Source: Podarcis tiliguerta (taxonomy: Eukaryota). From it: a stretch of 64,000 nt of DNA. Location of the stretch: the NCBI GenBank assembly GCA_965153285.1, contig OZ229112.1. The stretch is one strand, 5' to 3'. Made by a program: the position numbers and the translations under genes. Positions 10,181-21,857 of the stretch are shown here, one piece after another. Within the stretch, counting starts at the first letter, position 1. Every line of letters begins with the position of its first letter. The notes below the pieces were generated by a model, which was given only the letters and a program-made list of their open reading frames with translations, made no database searches and was not told the origin of the DNA.

Positions 10181-13100
10181 CAAAGCTTCTCTCCCCCCCC
10201 CCTTCCTTCCGCCCCTTTTATGCTTCCTTAATGCCCCACAAGTTTTGCGTATTTGGAAGAATTTAAAGGCTTAATCTGGCAGGGCCTGCTCTGTGGAACT
10301 CCCTGCCTCTTGATCTCAAGCAGGTGCCCTCACTGTAGTCTTTTTAGCACTACAATTTGGTGCCTCCTACAAACATTCTAGGGACATTATAGGGAAACAT
10401 TCTAGGCATGCAGGTGGCGCTGTGGGTTAAACCATGGAGCCTAGGACTTGCCGATCTGAAGATCGGCGGTTTGAATCCCCGTGACGGGTTGAGCTCCCGT
10501 TGCTCGGTCCCTGCTCCTGCCAACCTAGCAGTTCGAAAGCACCTCAAAATGCAAGTAGATAAATAGGTACCACTCCGGCGGGAAGGTAAACGGCGTTTCC
10601 ATGCGCTGCTCTGGTTCGCCGGAAGCGGCTCAGTCATGCTGGCCACATGACCCGGAAGCTGTACGCCGGCTCCCTCGGCCAATAAAGCAAGCTGAGCGCC
10701 GCAACCCCGGAGTCGGCCACGACTGGACCCAACGGTCAGGGGTCCCTTTACCTTTCCTTTACAAACATTCTATTGGAGTTTGTCCAGACCAGGCACCCCC
10801 AAACTTGGCCCTCCAGATGTTTTTGGGACTACAATTCCCTTCATCCCTGACCACTGGTCCTGTTAGCTAGGGATGATGGGAGTTGCAGTTCCAAAACTTC
10901 TAGAGGACCGAGTTTGGGGGTGCCTGGGCTAGATGCTTAGGAAGTGACTTAAGTTTTAACCTTTTAGCGTTTTAACTTGTTGTATGTTTTAAAGTGCTGT
11001 TGTGTAAGAAAACCTTTAAAATGGCTTCCAAAAAGCTAACACTAGAAAATCAAGAAGCTATAATTTATTATTTCTTGCTGTTAATTAAATTTGTATGTAG
11101 CTCTTCATCCTAGATCTCAGGGCAGATTAAAACACCACAGACATAATAAAAACAACATCCGCTCCCCCCCCCTCCTGCACACCTGGCTGGTTAGTCAGCA
11201 ATGTTCTTTGTCATTAGTGCCTCCATTTTATGAAAATGTAATAGTTAAGGTAACAGTAATAAAAATGCTGAGATCCAGGCCCCTGGGGCGGAGGTGGAGG
11301 AGGCTGCTGTAGCTCAGGAAGGGGTGCTGGGCTTGGAGGAGAAAGGAAGGGAGATCTGAGACGGGGGGGGGGGGCAATCCATCTCCCCTTCCCTTTGGCA
11401 GCTGGTTCCACCGATGGGGCACAGGAAAGGGAGACAGCAACAAGTGGAGAAGGTTTCCCAAGGGGCATGGAGGGCGGTGGGGCACTGCTGCCGCTTCCAG
11501 GGGGTGCAGAGGGTCTCGCCTCCTGCCCTCAGCCCCCCTTTTCTTCTTCTTCTTCCTCTTCCTTGCTGCAGGTGCCTCTGAGGCTGGATTATGGGGCCAA
11601 AGTCAGCCTCTTCTCCCACCTCCACCAGTACAGCCGCAAGAAGCTGTTGACACAGCAGATGAGGTGGGTGCCCTCCAGGGTGGATGAAAATCAATGGTTT
11701 GAAAAAACAAAACGTGTTTTTTTTTAATTTAAATCAGATTTTTTTATTAAAATTGGATTTTTTAAAAACAAAATGCTTTTGAAGGAAAAAAATATTTCTA
11801 AAGATAGTTTTCTATTTAAGTTACATTATAGTCCAAAGGCTATTCATCAGGAAGTAAGGATTTGTTTTAAGTTTTTCATGTGTGCTAAAACTCAGTCTAA
11901 GTTGTTTTTAATAAAATAATGTTTAACCACATCAGTCAACAAACACAGATACGTATGCTGTAATGTTACTGTTTTAGTTAAATAGTCTAAATTGTTATTA
12001 AGGAAATGATTATTTTTCTCTTTTCAATAAAGTACAGCAGAAAGGTTGTCCAAATATAAAAGTTAACATTAAACCTCACAATAATTTCATAATTATCTGT
12101 TTATGTGTTTCTAATAGTATAACCAAATCAGTAATTTTTTATATAACTGTAAAAAGTATTCTGAAAATTTGTTATTCCAAAAACGAAACTTTCCTCTAGT
12201 TGTAAATATTAAGATGATATCAGCAGGAATGAATCTTTCTGTAAAAAAAAGAAGATTTAAATCAAGTCTTACTGACTAGTGATTTAAATTGATTTGATTT
12301 AAATCAAAAGCACCCTGGTGCCCTCTTGGCACCTGTCCGTCACGTTCCGATCCCGGGAGTTCCATGCTTCTCCTTCCTAGGAGGGCTCCGTTTCCCCCAT
12401 CCGGGCTGTAGGGCTGCCCCATTCTTTTTATGCTGCTTCTCACTGGCTTTTGCAGAGTTTGAGATGGGGCTGTTTTTAGACAGATGATGGGAAAAGGGAG
12501 GAGGAAGTTGGGGGGCTGCTCTGTCCAGCTCAGCCTCGCCCCCTTACAGCCGCCGTGGGGCTGAGCCCGGGGGGGTTGGGCAAGAAGGAGCCCCTCCCAG
12601 GGGGGGCCTTGTGGGGTGCACAGCAGAGGGGCGCTCCTACTGCATTGGCACTTCTTAATATTATTTACTTCCCAAGGTATATAATTAATTGGGTAGAGCA
12701 TGTAATTACATTCCCATATAAATGCACAGTGTCTCAGATGTATCTGCCCCATCAGGCTGCCTGCCCTCAGGTGCCATCCTCAGCAATGGGGTACCCAGCC
12801 CATCTCCCCATGGAAACACAGGAATAATGAGGGTACTCATAATAATAATTTATTATTTGTACCCCAGCCATCTGACTGGGTTGCACCAGTCGCTCTGGGT
12901 GGCTTCCAACAAAAATACAAAGGGGAGAAAACCAACCACCACCAGGCATTAAAAGCTTCCCATCAGAGGACTGCCGTCAGAAGTCTACAAAAAGTTATAT
13001 AGTTGTTTAATTCTTTGGCATTCCACTGGGCAGGCACAACTCCTGGTTCCCTCTAAATTCACTTTTTGCAATGAGAGAACTACCAAAAAGGCATTTCATT

Positions 13101-16100
13101 TTAGCACCTCTACTTTTCTTTTTTGGGGTATCTGAAGGGGGGGGGGACAGCAATAGCAACGCTGCTTTTTAAAAATAAATCTGTGAAGCAGGAAAAGTAC
13201 CAGTTTGGCAGTGAGCACACAAACCACATGTGCTGTACTCCACTTCCTTTATCATTGTTGTTGATGCTGTTGCTATTTCAGTTTATATACCACTATCCAA
13301 ACCACCTAGCAGTTCCAAAGCACCCCTAAGTGCAAGTAGATAAATAGGTACCGCTTTATAGCGGGAAGGTAAACGGCGTTTCCATGTGCTGTGCTGGTGC
13401 CGGCTCGCCAGAGCAGCGATGTCACGCTGGTCACGTGACCCGGAAGTGTCTTCGGACGGCGCTGGCCCCCGGCCTCTTGAGTGAGATGGGCGCACAACCC
13501 TAGAGTCTGGCAAGACTGGCCCGTACGGCCAGGGGTACCTTTACCTTTTATCCAAAGATCGCAGAGTGTTGTGCAACATTTAGAACATAATTTATATGCA
13601 GCATAATAATAATAATAATAACAGACTGCACAGCAAAAGAAAGAACAATAATAACAGTCCCCTTCCCCCTTTAACAAGCCATAAGTTATTTAATGGCCAG
13701 AGGCCTGGGTAAAGATTTTGTTGTTGTTAAGATTTATATACAATATACTACCCTTCATCATAAGATCTCAGGATGGTTCACAGGATGCAATGAGGTGCCA
13801 GGTAAGCCTCTCTGGGGACAGAATCCCACCACAGAAAAGGCTTGTTCTTCAGTGGGTGCTTTAATAATAATAGTGATAATAAAATTTATTTCTTCCCTGC
13901 CCATCTGGCTGGGTTTCCCCAGTCACTCTGGGCAGCTTTCAACAAAACCTTAAAAAGAGAATAAAACTTCAAAAATTGAAAACTTCCCTAAACAGGGCTG
14001 CCTTCAGATGGGAAGCCCTCAGAAGCCAAGGTGTGGGGAGAAAGGAAAGTGTGGCGCTGAGTGGAGAGTCACAAGGGGGGTGGAGTTGGGTCGCCAAAGT
14101 CCTCTTAAGGGAGGGCAAGAGTGGAAAGCAAACCTGTTCCGTCCCTTCCTAGAAAGGTGTGGCGCCTGTGTGAAATGACTTGTGGTGCGTTTGTGTGCTC
14201 TTGTGCTCCCTGCAGCATCCCAGCCTCCGCCATCCACCCGGCGGTGGTGCGCCTCGGCCTCCAGTACTCTCAGGGCACCATCAATGGTTCCAACGCCCGC
14301 TGCATTGCCCTCTTGAGGGTCTTCAAACAGGTGTGTGGAAGGTTCTGGGGTTGCGCTCTGGTGGTTTGCTGCAAGGAAGTGCCAAGGGAGGCGCAATGCA
14401 GCAGAGTAGCCTGGCTGCCAGTCAGGGCTGGCATCGCACTCGCATCTCCCGGGTGAGCAGCCCAGGCAGTGGCAGCGACCTGGCGTCACTGACATTTCCG
14501 GAGGCTCTTCAAGGGCAGCCCCAAGCAGAGGGCGTGCCAGCAGTCTAGTCTCAAGACAGGATCTGGCCTTCCCAGAAAACAGGCCCAGCCTAAGTTGGCA
14601 CCGTGGCTCCTGTCTGGGTGGGCAGAAGGAAAGCCAGGCTCCAGGGGAACCCCATCTTCAATATGGCAGTGCAGGAATTTTATTCTTGCTGTTGGCCTCT
14701 GTCTGTCTCGAGGGACAATGGAGTGTGCCTTCTGGGGGTGAAGCCAAACTGCTGCATTGGAGGCAGTGAAGTGACCTTCCCGGGATGCAAACCTGGGCAG
14801 CGTGTCTGGAGGTCCAGGGCTGCCCAGAGAACAAGACCCCCCCCCCCCCTTGATCTTGCTGATGGGGTCCAAAGGAAAGCAGAGCAAGACATTTGGCACC
14901 AGCTTGGCTGCAGGAGTTGCCCGAAGGACCCGTCCTGGGCGCCATCCAACCATCTTGGGTTTACTCCTGAGCAGGATGCGAGTGGCACTGTGGTCTAAAC
15001 CACAAAGCCTCTTGGGCTTGCCAATCGGAAGGTCGGCGGTTTGAATACCCATGGAATAGTGAGCTCCCCTTGCTCGGTCCCTGCTCCTGCCAACCTAGCA
15101 GTTCAAAAGCACACCAGTGCAAGTAGATAAATAGGTACCACTGTGGAGGGAAGGTAAACGGCGTTTCTGTGCAATATGGTTTCCATCACAGTGTCCTGTT
15201 GCACCAGAAGCGGATTGGTCCTGCTGGCCACATGGCCTGGGAAGCTGTCTGTGGACAAACGCCGGCTCCCTCGGCCGGAAAGCAAGATGAGTGACATAAC
15301 CCCATCGTCACCTTTGACTGGACTTCAGCGTCCAGGGGTCCTTGACCTTTTCACTCCTGAGCCTTTTCTTCCCCCAAAGATGTCCCATAAGCAGAGGTTT
15401 AGGATTAGGGTTTTCCTCGTTGTTGTTACTGTTATTTTTAATATATGTATATTAAATTTGTATACTGCCTCTTCAAGGCAGTTCACAGCAAAAAAAATAC
15501 AATATAAAAATACAAAAAACAAACCAAACAAACCGATAATCCACCACTCCCTCCAACAACAAAAAATATTATTATTAAATTTGTATCTCCCCGCCCCTCC
15601 AGTTTTCCTAATATTGGTGCTCAAGATCAGAGTCGTCCAGGCAAGGCAGAATTAACCTATGGAAGCAGCGTTGGGAACCAGCCTTGGGGGCTTTGGAAGG
15701 GCTGGTTGGGATTAGGAGAGGTCTGCGGGTGGCCTCTGTCTCCCGTGCCCCTGCAGAGGTCAGTGGCCTCCCAGGAGAGGCGTCTGGCTGGCCCCTGGCA
15801 GAATCAGGGCGCTGGGTAACCTCGCTATCTCATGGCCGCTCCCCTCTTGTCGTCCCGGCAGGTGATCGGGGACTACACCACCCCAGCCAACGAGGAGCTC
15901 TCGCGGGACCTGGTGAACAAGCTGAAGCCCTACATCAGGTGACGGGGAGGGGCTGGCCCCACTTGGGGAAAGAGAGGGAGGGGCAGGCAGCCCTGGGGAG
16001 CAGATAGGGGGCCCATGAGGCTGGGCTGAGCGCTCCTTTCCTCCTGCAGCTTCCTGAACCAGTGCCGGCCCCTTTCCACCAGCATGGGCAACGCCATCAA

Positions 16101-18416
16101 ATTCCTCAAGAAGGAGATCTCTGCGCTGCCCGCCTCCATGCGCGAGGAGGAGGTGAGTCCAGCAGCGCCTGCGGGGACAGGGGCCTGGGCTGGCCGTGGG
16201 GTCCGTGGCAGGCGCAAGAGCGGCACCGTCTCTCTGCCGCGCTCCCTGGTGGGTTTGAGTGGCAGCGGAGCCCACCACAAGCTGCCAGACCTCTCTGGGT
16301 TCATCCTTGGGGTGGTAGCCCCGTCACTCTGCCAGCTTGGGAGGCAGAGGGCTTCTTGGTGTCCTCCAGGGGCACGCAGGGGGCCCTTCCACTCTTGGAG
16401 ACGGGACAGAGAGCATGGTGTGATCAGGCCCCCCTCCCGTGACAGGCCAAGCGGGACCTCCAAAAGGCCATTGACCGGTACAAGCAGGAGAAGATCGTCT
16501 TGGCAGCCGAAGCCATTTCCAAGTATGCCTTAGAGAAGATCAACGACGGGGACGTCATCCTCATCTATGGATGGTACAGAGTCGAGGGTCCAGGGTGGGC
16601 ACGCCGCTCTGGGTGGCATGCGGCTTGTCGGCTGGGGAGCCGAGGTGTTGGAGGGGGCTGGCTCCCGGGAGGCCTGTTGGAGCCCCTGGCTGGGCTGCCC
16701 TGTGCCCTGTGAGCAGGGCCATCTTACCTATAGGTGCTAGGGGTGGGGGCACCCGGGTGCCAGGCTCTCAGGGGCGCTAGGCCAAGAGTCTGGGGCCCGA
16801 GAGTCCGGGGAAGAGCCCGCCCGTCGGTCGGAGCGCTGTGGCAGGCTTTCCTGCTGTGGCAGGCTGCACCGCGAATTCGGGGGCGACCGAGCCAGCGAGA
16901 CGCTGAGACAGCCCTGCCCATGAGATGGGTTGTGAGAGCAGCGGAGGGTGGGAGGTGGCAGGAGCAGGAAGGCCCCTCCTCACCCCTTGCCCACGCTTGC
17001 CTGGCAGCTCCTCCCTGGTGACGCGCATCCTCTGCGACGCCCACACCCAGTGCCGCTCTGCAGGCCGTGCCTTCCGCGTGGTGGTGGTGGACAGCCGCCC
17101 ACGGCTGGAGGGGCAGGAGACGCTGCGCCGACTGGTCAAGCAGGGCATCTGCTGCAGCTACGTCCTCATCAACGCCGTCTCCTATGTCTTGCCCGAGGTG
17201 AGGAGGGGAGCAGGGAGGCTCTTTTTGCTGGCAGGCGGACTCTGCAAAGGCTTTGTGCCTCTGCCCTGGCCGAGTCTGGCTGGCGTGAAAGAGTGCCGAG
17301 ATCCCCAGCTCCGCTTCCTCCCCTGGCAGGTGTCCAAAGTGCTTCTGGGTGCGCATGCGCTGTTGGCCAATGGCTCTGTGATGTCGCGCATGGGCACCTC
17401 GCAGATTGCGCTGCTTTCGAAGGCCTACAACGTGCCGGTCCTGGTCTGCTGCGAGACCTACAAGTTCTGCGAGAGAGTCCAGACCGACTCCTTCGTCTCC
17501 AACGAGCTGGGTACGCTGCAGGCCCCTTGGGGGGGTGGGGAGTCGGGGGACCCGCTAACAAGGGAGGGAGCAGCAGGGAGGTGCCCAGCTGGCACTTTTT
17601 GCTAATGCCGTGAGAACACCCGTTTCCCTCCCCGCAGCCCTCTGCAAGTTGCAAGGGTCCTGGTGCACCTACAGGGCGCTCCCTCCCTCAGCCAGCAGGG
17701 GCAACTGCCGTGGCAGCAAGCGGAGTGTGGGAAGCCTGTAGGGCCCCAGGAAGCCCCTCCTGCCTCTGAGATTATTATTATTATTATTGGCCTCTGAGCT
17801 GAATTATTATTATTATTATTGGGCGGCTTCCTCTGGGCGGCTTCCAGTGGAATATTAATATACAATAACCTATTAAACATTAAAAGCTTCCCTAAACAGG
17901 GCTGCCTTCAGATGTCTTCTAAAAGTCTGGTAGCTGTTCTTCTCTTTGACATCTGGAGGGAGGGCGTTCCACAAGGCAGGCGCTACCACAGAGAAGGCCC
18001 TCTGCCTGGTTCCCTGTAACTTGGCTTCTCGCAGGGAGGGAACCGCCAGAAGGCCCTCGGAGCTGGACCTCAGTGTCCGGGGTGGAGACGCTCCTTCAGG
18101 TATACTGGACCGAGGCTGTTTAGGGCTTTCAAGGTCAGCACCAACACTTTGAATTGTGCTTGGAAATGTACTGACATCATCTCGCTGACCCCGACTGTCC
18201 GCTGTGCCACTTGCAGATGACCCCGACGACCTGATTGGTGGGAAGCCAGGGAGGACCCCGCTGGCCGGCTGGCAGGAGAGCAAGTCTCTGCGCCTCCTCA
18301 ACCTGGTCTACGACGTGACCCCCCTGGAGCTGGTGGACCTGGTCATTACGGACTTGGGGATGATCCCTTGCACCTCCGTCCCGGTTGTGCTGCGGGTCAA
18401 GAATGTGGAGCAGTAA
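9329..18416 (+). CDS. EIF2B4: Translation initiation factor eIF2B subunit delta, 12 coding exons, ~533 aa
   Basis: Exons: 9329-9373, 9470-9668, 9766-9954, 10043-10125, 11572-11663, 14216-14330, 15862-15938, 16050-16152, 16446-16573, 17008-17197, 17330-17510, 18217-18416. Total 1602 nt. Motifs [79 protein letters not shown]. The first exon and start codon are less certain than the rest. Confidence 0.95.
10381..10759 (+). mobile_element. Full-length Sauria-type SINE
   Basis: tRNA-like head (GGTGGCGCTGTGG; B-box-like GGTTTGAATCC), core GCAAGTAGATAAATAGGTACC and (ACCTTT)-like tail. 13-bp TSD TACAAACATTCTA at 10368-10380 and 10760-10772. Confidence 0.85.
10790..10926. mobile_element. Palindromic hAT-type MITE (137 bp)
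   Basis: TIRs CAGGCACCCCCAAACT / AGTTTGGGGGTGCCTG, near-palindromic interior, degenerate 8-bp TSD GTCCAGAC / GGCTAGAT. Confidence 0.75.
11676..12317. mobile_element. Non-autonomous hAT DNA transposon (642 bp, AT-rich)
   Basis: Termini CAGGGTG...CACCCTG, subterminal GATTTAAATC repeats, perfect 8-bp TSD GTGCCCTC at 11668-11675 and 12318-12325, and a sharp drop in GC content. Confidence 0.85.
13302..13548 (+). mobile_element. 5'-truncated Sauria-type SINE
   Basis: Shares the core GCAAGTAGATAAATAGGTACC...GGGAAGGTAAACGGCGTTTCC and the ACCTTT tail. TSD TATCCAAA at 13294-13301 and 13549-13556. Confidence 0.8.
14973..15352 (+). mobile_element. Full-length Sauria-type SINE
   Basis: Homologous to 10381-10759. 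10-bp TSD ACTCCTGAGC at 14963-14972 and 15353-15362. Confidence 0.85.
17800..18170 (-). mobile_element. L2-clade LINE 3' fragment
   Basis: Closely similar to 1140-1430. The minus ORF ends [20 protein letters not shown]...[14 protein letters not shown]. (ATT)n tail. Confidence 0.8.
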
Positions 18417-18433
18417 TGCCAATGGGTGGGGTC

Positions 18434-18439
18434 AATAAA
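18434..18439 (+). terminator. EIF2B4 polyadenylation signal
   Basis: AATAAA 17 nt after the TAA, followed by GT-rich sequence. Confidence 0.75.
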
Positions 18440-19399
18440 CCTGTGTGTGCCCTGCTCCCTGCCTCCGCTGTGTGTGTGCCTGAGCGCATGGACAGAACAG
18501 GACCGCTGGAAGACCTTCCCAAAAGGGGGTTGTTGCCATGGATGCGTCTCAAAGTGGGGGGTCAATGCGGAGCCCAAACTCTGGGCTGGGATGCCTGAAG
18601 GGGCTTTTCTGGCTCCCCCTGAACAGAGAGCCACCCTTTTCTCCCTCATCGGTTGGACAAGCCAGATCTAGATCCAGCCCCATCAGCCTTGCACTGCATC
18701 CCTACATTTCCATCTTGCTTTGACAATAGAGGGACAAACGCTCCCGATAGGCCCCCAGGTGGTTAGAAATCTTTTAAAGTAAGCATTATTATTTATTGAA
18801 TTTCTATAGTGCCCTTTAGACAAAGATCACAGGGCGGTTCACAACATTAAAGGAAGTGCCAATCATGCCAGAGCCTGATTCTGTTCAGATCCTGGTTGAT
18901 TCCTGTGGCCCAAGGATGCTCATTGATTTCTTTGCCCACTTTTTGGGCCACCTTCTTGGAACAAACCCCGGGCACTTTACAGTGTAAAAATCAGTGTAAA
19001 CATGAAAACACAGGACAAAAAACCCATCAGCCCTATTACGTTTAAAGCAGAGTATTGTCAGCTCGTCATGATGGGCCTATCCAAATGTCCCCTTTTCCCT
19101 GCTAAACTTATTCCTGCTAAACTTTCATCCATGCTTGTGTCAGACTACAGGGGGGGGGGGCGGGTCAGGGGAAGACCACCAAAAGCCTGTTCTTCTTGGA
19201 CCAGCAAAAATGAGAGCGCGAAGGAGGCTTTCTGGCCAAGGGTCAAGAACGGCTGTCTAATGGAGGCTTCAGCTAAGATTCCTGCCTTGCAGGGGGTTGG
19301 ACTGGGTGACCCTCGGGGTCCCTTCTGACGCTATCGCCCTATGTGTGGGGGTGTCTCCTTGCAGCCCCCTGAAAAGCTGGGGGGACCTGTGGCCCCAAT

Positions 19400-20150
19400 C
19401 AACGGGCCGAGAGACCCACAGCTCGGTTGGCGAAGGCGCCTCGCCGGCTGCTTCGGTTGCGTTGCCCTTGGGGTCTTTCGCGGGTCCGACGCGTGTCTCC
19501 GCGTTCCCACGCCCCTCGACCCGCCGCGGGAGGAACAAAGAAGCTGCGCGCGGCGCCTCGGCCACCAGGGGGCGCTGCAGCCCCTTTCCCAGAGAGGCGC
19601 GCGGAGGAAGTGACGTCGGCGGCACCCGCGGAGGGGGCGGGGCTCGCGCGGTTCCGCTCGTCGCAGCTGCTGCGGCCGAAGGGGCGGCGGGACGGGAGCG
19701 CGAAGGCGGCTCCCGAGGCTGCGGCGCCCGCGGCGAGCGGATGAACGAGGCGGGGAAGAGCCGCCAACGCCGCCGGGAGAGCTTCCGCGTCGCGGGACGG
19801 AAGTGACGTCAGGGGCGTGCGGTCATCGCTGCGCGCCCGTGGCGGCCGCCATCTTGGCTGCTGGGGCCGCCGCTGCCGCTGCTTCGGCCGGAGACCGGCT
19901 TCGGCGAGCGAGAGGTGAGGCGCGGGCCGGAGTCGCCCAGGCCGGGGCCAGGGTCAAGGCCGCTTCCGCGGGCGCCGGGCGGAGCGGAGCGGCCTCGTTC
20001 TGCGCGGAAAGAGCGCTTGGCCCCGCCCCCGCCGGAGGGGGGCTGGTCTCCGCTCGGGGGTCTCGCCTGCCCGGCGAGGGGGGGGGCGAGATGCTGCCCC
20101 CGATGCAGGTCTCTGGCGGGGCGGGGGGAGCGGCCCTGGCCAGGCAGCAA
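19400..20150 (+). promoter_or_regulatory. GTF3C2 CpG-island promoter and non-coding exon 1
   Basis: CTCF consensus GGCCACCAGGGGGCGCTG at 19560-19577. ETS-CRE GGAAGTGACGTC at 19606-19617 and CGGAAGTGACGTCA at 19798-19811. YY1 GCCGCCATCTTG at 19845-19856. Donor AG|GTGAGG after 19914. Confidence 0.85.
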
Positions 20151-20505
20151 GTCCAGGTCAGGGATCCCACTGGATCCCCCAGCACATTAGCTGATCCTTG
20201 GCCAGCCCATAGAGAATCATGGGATTGTAGAGTTAGAGGGACCCGGAGGATCCTCTAGTCCAGCCCCCTGCCATGCGCGATTAGGCAGCTGTCCCTTGCA
20301 GAGATCGAACCTGCAGCCTTGGTGTTATCAGCACCAGCCTCTCCCCAGCTGAGCTATCCAGGCTGTCCAGCAGGGCATTAAACTCTCCAGATTAATCTGT
20401 GACACTTCATCGATTGCCCACTTTAAGGGGTAATTAAGATAAAAAACCATTCAGGTATCTCAGACGAAGATCTGGTAGAATAAAATAAAAGCAGAATATG
20501 TTAAG

Positions 20506-20684
20506 GAGAACACAAGGAGAAGGGGACGACAGAGGACGAGATGGTTAGACAGTGTTCTCGAAGCTACAAACATGAATCTGACCAAACTGCGGGTGGCAGG
20601 GATAGACAGGAGTGCCTGGCGTGCTCTGGTCCAGGGGGTCACGAAGAGTCGGACACGACTAAACGACTAGACAACAACAACAAC
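20506..20684 (+). mobile_element. BovB (RTE-clade LINE) 3' fragment
   Basis: AGAAGGGGACGACAGAGGACGAGATGG...GGTCACGAAGAGTCGGACACGACT followed by (CAA)n. TSD ATGTTAAG at 20498-20505 and 20685-20692. Confidence 0.85.
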
Positions 20685-21091
20685 ATGTTAAGAGTGCATG
20701 TGCAACAGCCTGCCTTATTTTGCTATCTGGCATAGCTGCTGGGGGGATTTTCCCTTGTCTCTTGAGCTTTGAATCCTTCCTGGGTTTGCGACATTTATTT
20801 TTACAGTTGAGCTTCACCTGAGCCCAATGGATGCTCCAACCCCTTAGGGATGAGCAGGCTGCTGTGCCCCCCAAGGGGTCCAAATGGTGTGAGAAGCCTC
20901 CCTGAGTGCGGAAGGTTTCCTGTTGCTGAAGCAAAGGGCCCACAGCCCCCCCCCCTTCTGCTCACACAGTGATGGTCATGGACAGGGCAGCCAACCCAAG
21001 AGACCAGAGTTCAAATTCCCACAACAAGGAAGCTCACCGGGTGAGCTTGGGTCATTCACTGTCTCAGCCTAACGCACCTCACAGGGTGGTT

Positions 21092-21333
21092 GAGTGGTAT
21101 CTCAGGTTACATACGCTTCAGGTTATATACGCTTCAGGTTAAAGACTCTGCTAACCCAGAAATAGTGCTTCAGGTTAAGAACTTTGCTTCAGGATGAGAA
21201 CAGAAATCGTGCTTCGGCGGTGCAGCGGCAGCAGGATTCCCCATTAGCTAAAGTGGTGCTTCAGGTTAAGAACAGTTTCAGATTAAGAACAGACCTCCGC
21301 AACGAATTAAGTACTTGACGTGAGATACCACTG
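21092..21333. mobile_element. Tc1/mariner (Tigger-like) MITE, copy 1
   Basis: TIRs AGTGGTATCTCA / TGAGATACCACTG followed by TA, with internal TTCAGGTTA repeats. Homologous to the copies at 27641 and 33704. Confidence 0.8.
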
Positions 21334-21857
21334 TATTTATTCGTTTTATTTCTTAACATTGTATACCGCCCTTCATTTGAAGATCTCAGGGTGGTTTACT
21401 TTCAAAGGAATTTCAAAGATCATTTTATGAAACCCAAGGTAACTAGAATAAAATGTTAGGTTTATACTAGTTATTTGGCGCACGTTACATTTCCACAGTT
21501 TTTATAATACTGGAAAATTACCATCTCGGTGCTGTATAGTTCATTATAGTAGTAACCTCCTACATAAAACCCTGACGTTGTGTGAACATGTTCTTGGCAA
21601 AAGGAAGTCCCCCCAAAGCGTGTTCAAAATAAGTAGAATAATTTAGCCCCAGTGACATTTATGCGAGCTCCTTGGAGGAAAACATGGGATCTAAATGCGA
21701 TAAAATAATTAGAACAGCGCCACTGCTTTCATCTGCTTATTGGATCTGAGATGACTGTCCTCCCCACAGCTTTCCTTCTTCCTTTGCCTCTCTCTTTCAC
21801 AGGCAAGTCCCAGTGCAAGATGGGAGTCGCACCTGCCTGAGTCACTGTGGTGCCTTC

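Noticed and set aside
21100-21290. Recurring TTCAGGTTA units resembling a CRISPR-like array
   Set aside because: Irregular internal repeats of a TA-flanked MITE in eukaryotic DNA.
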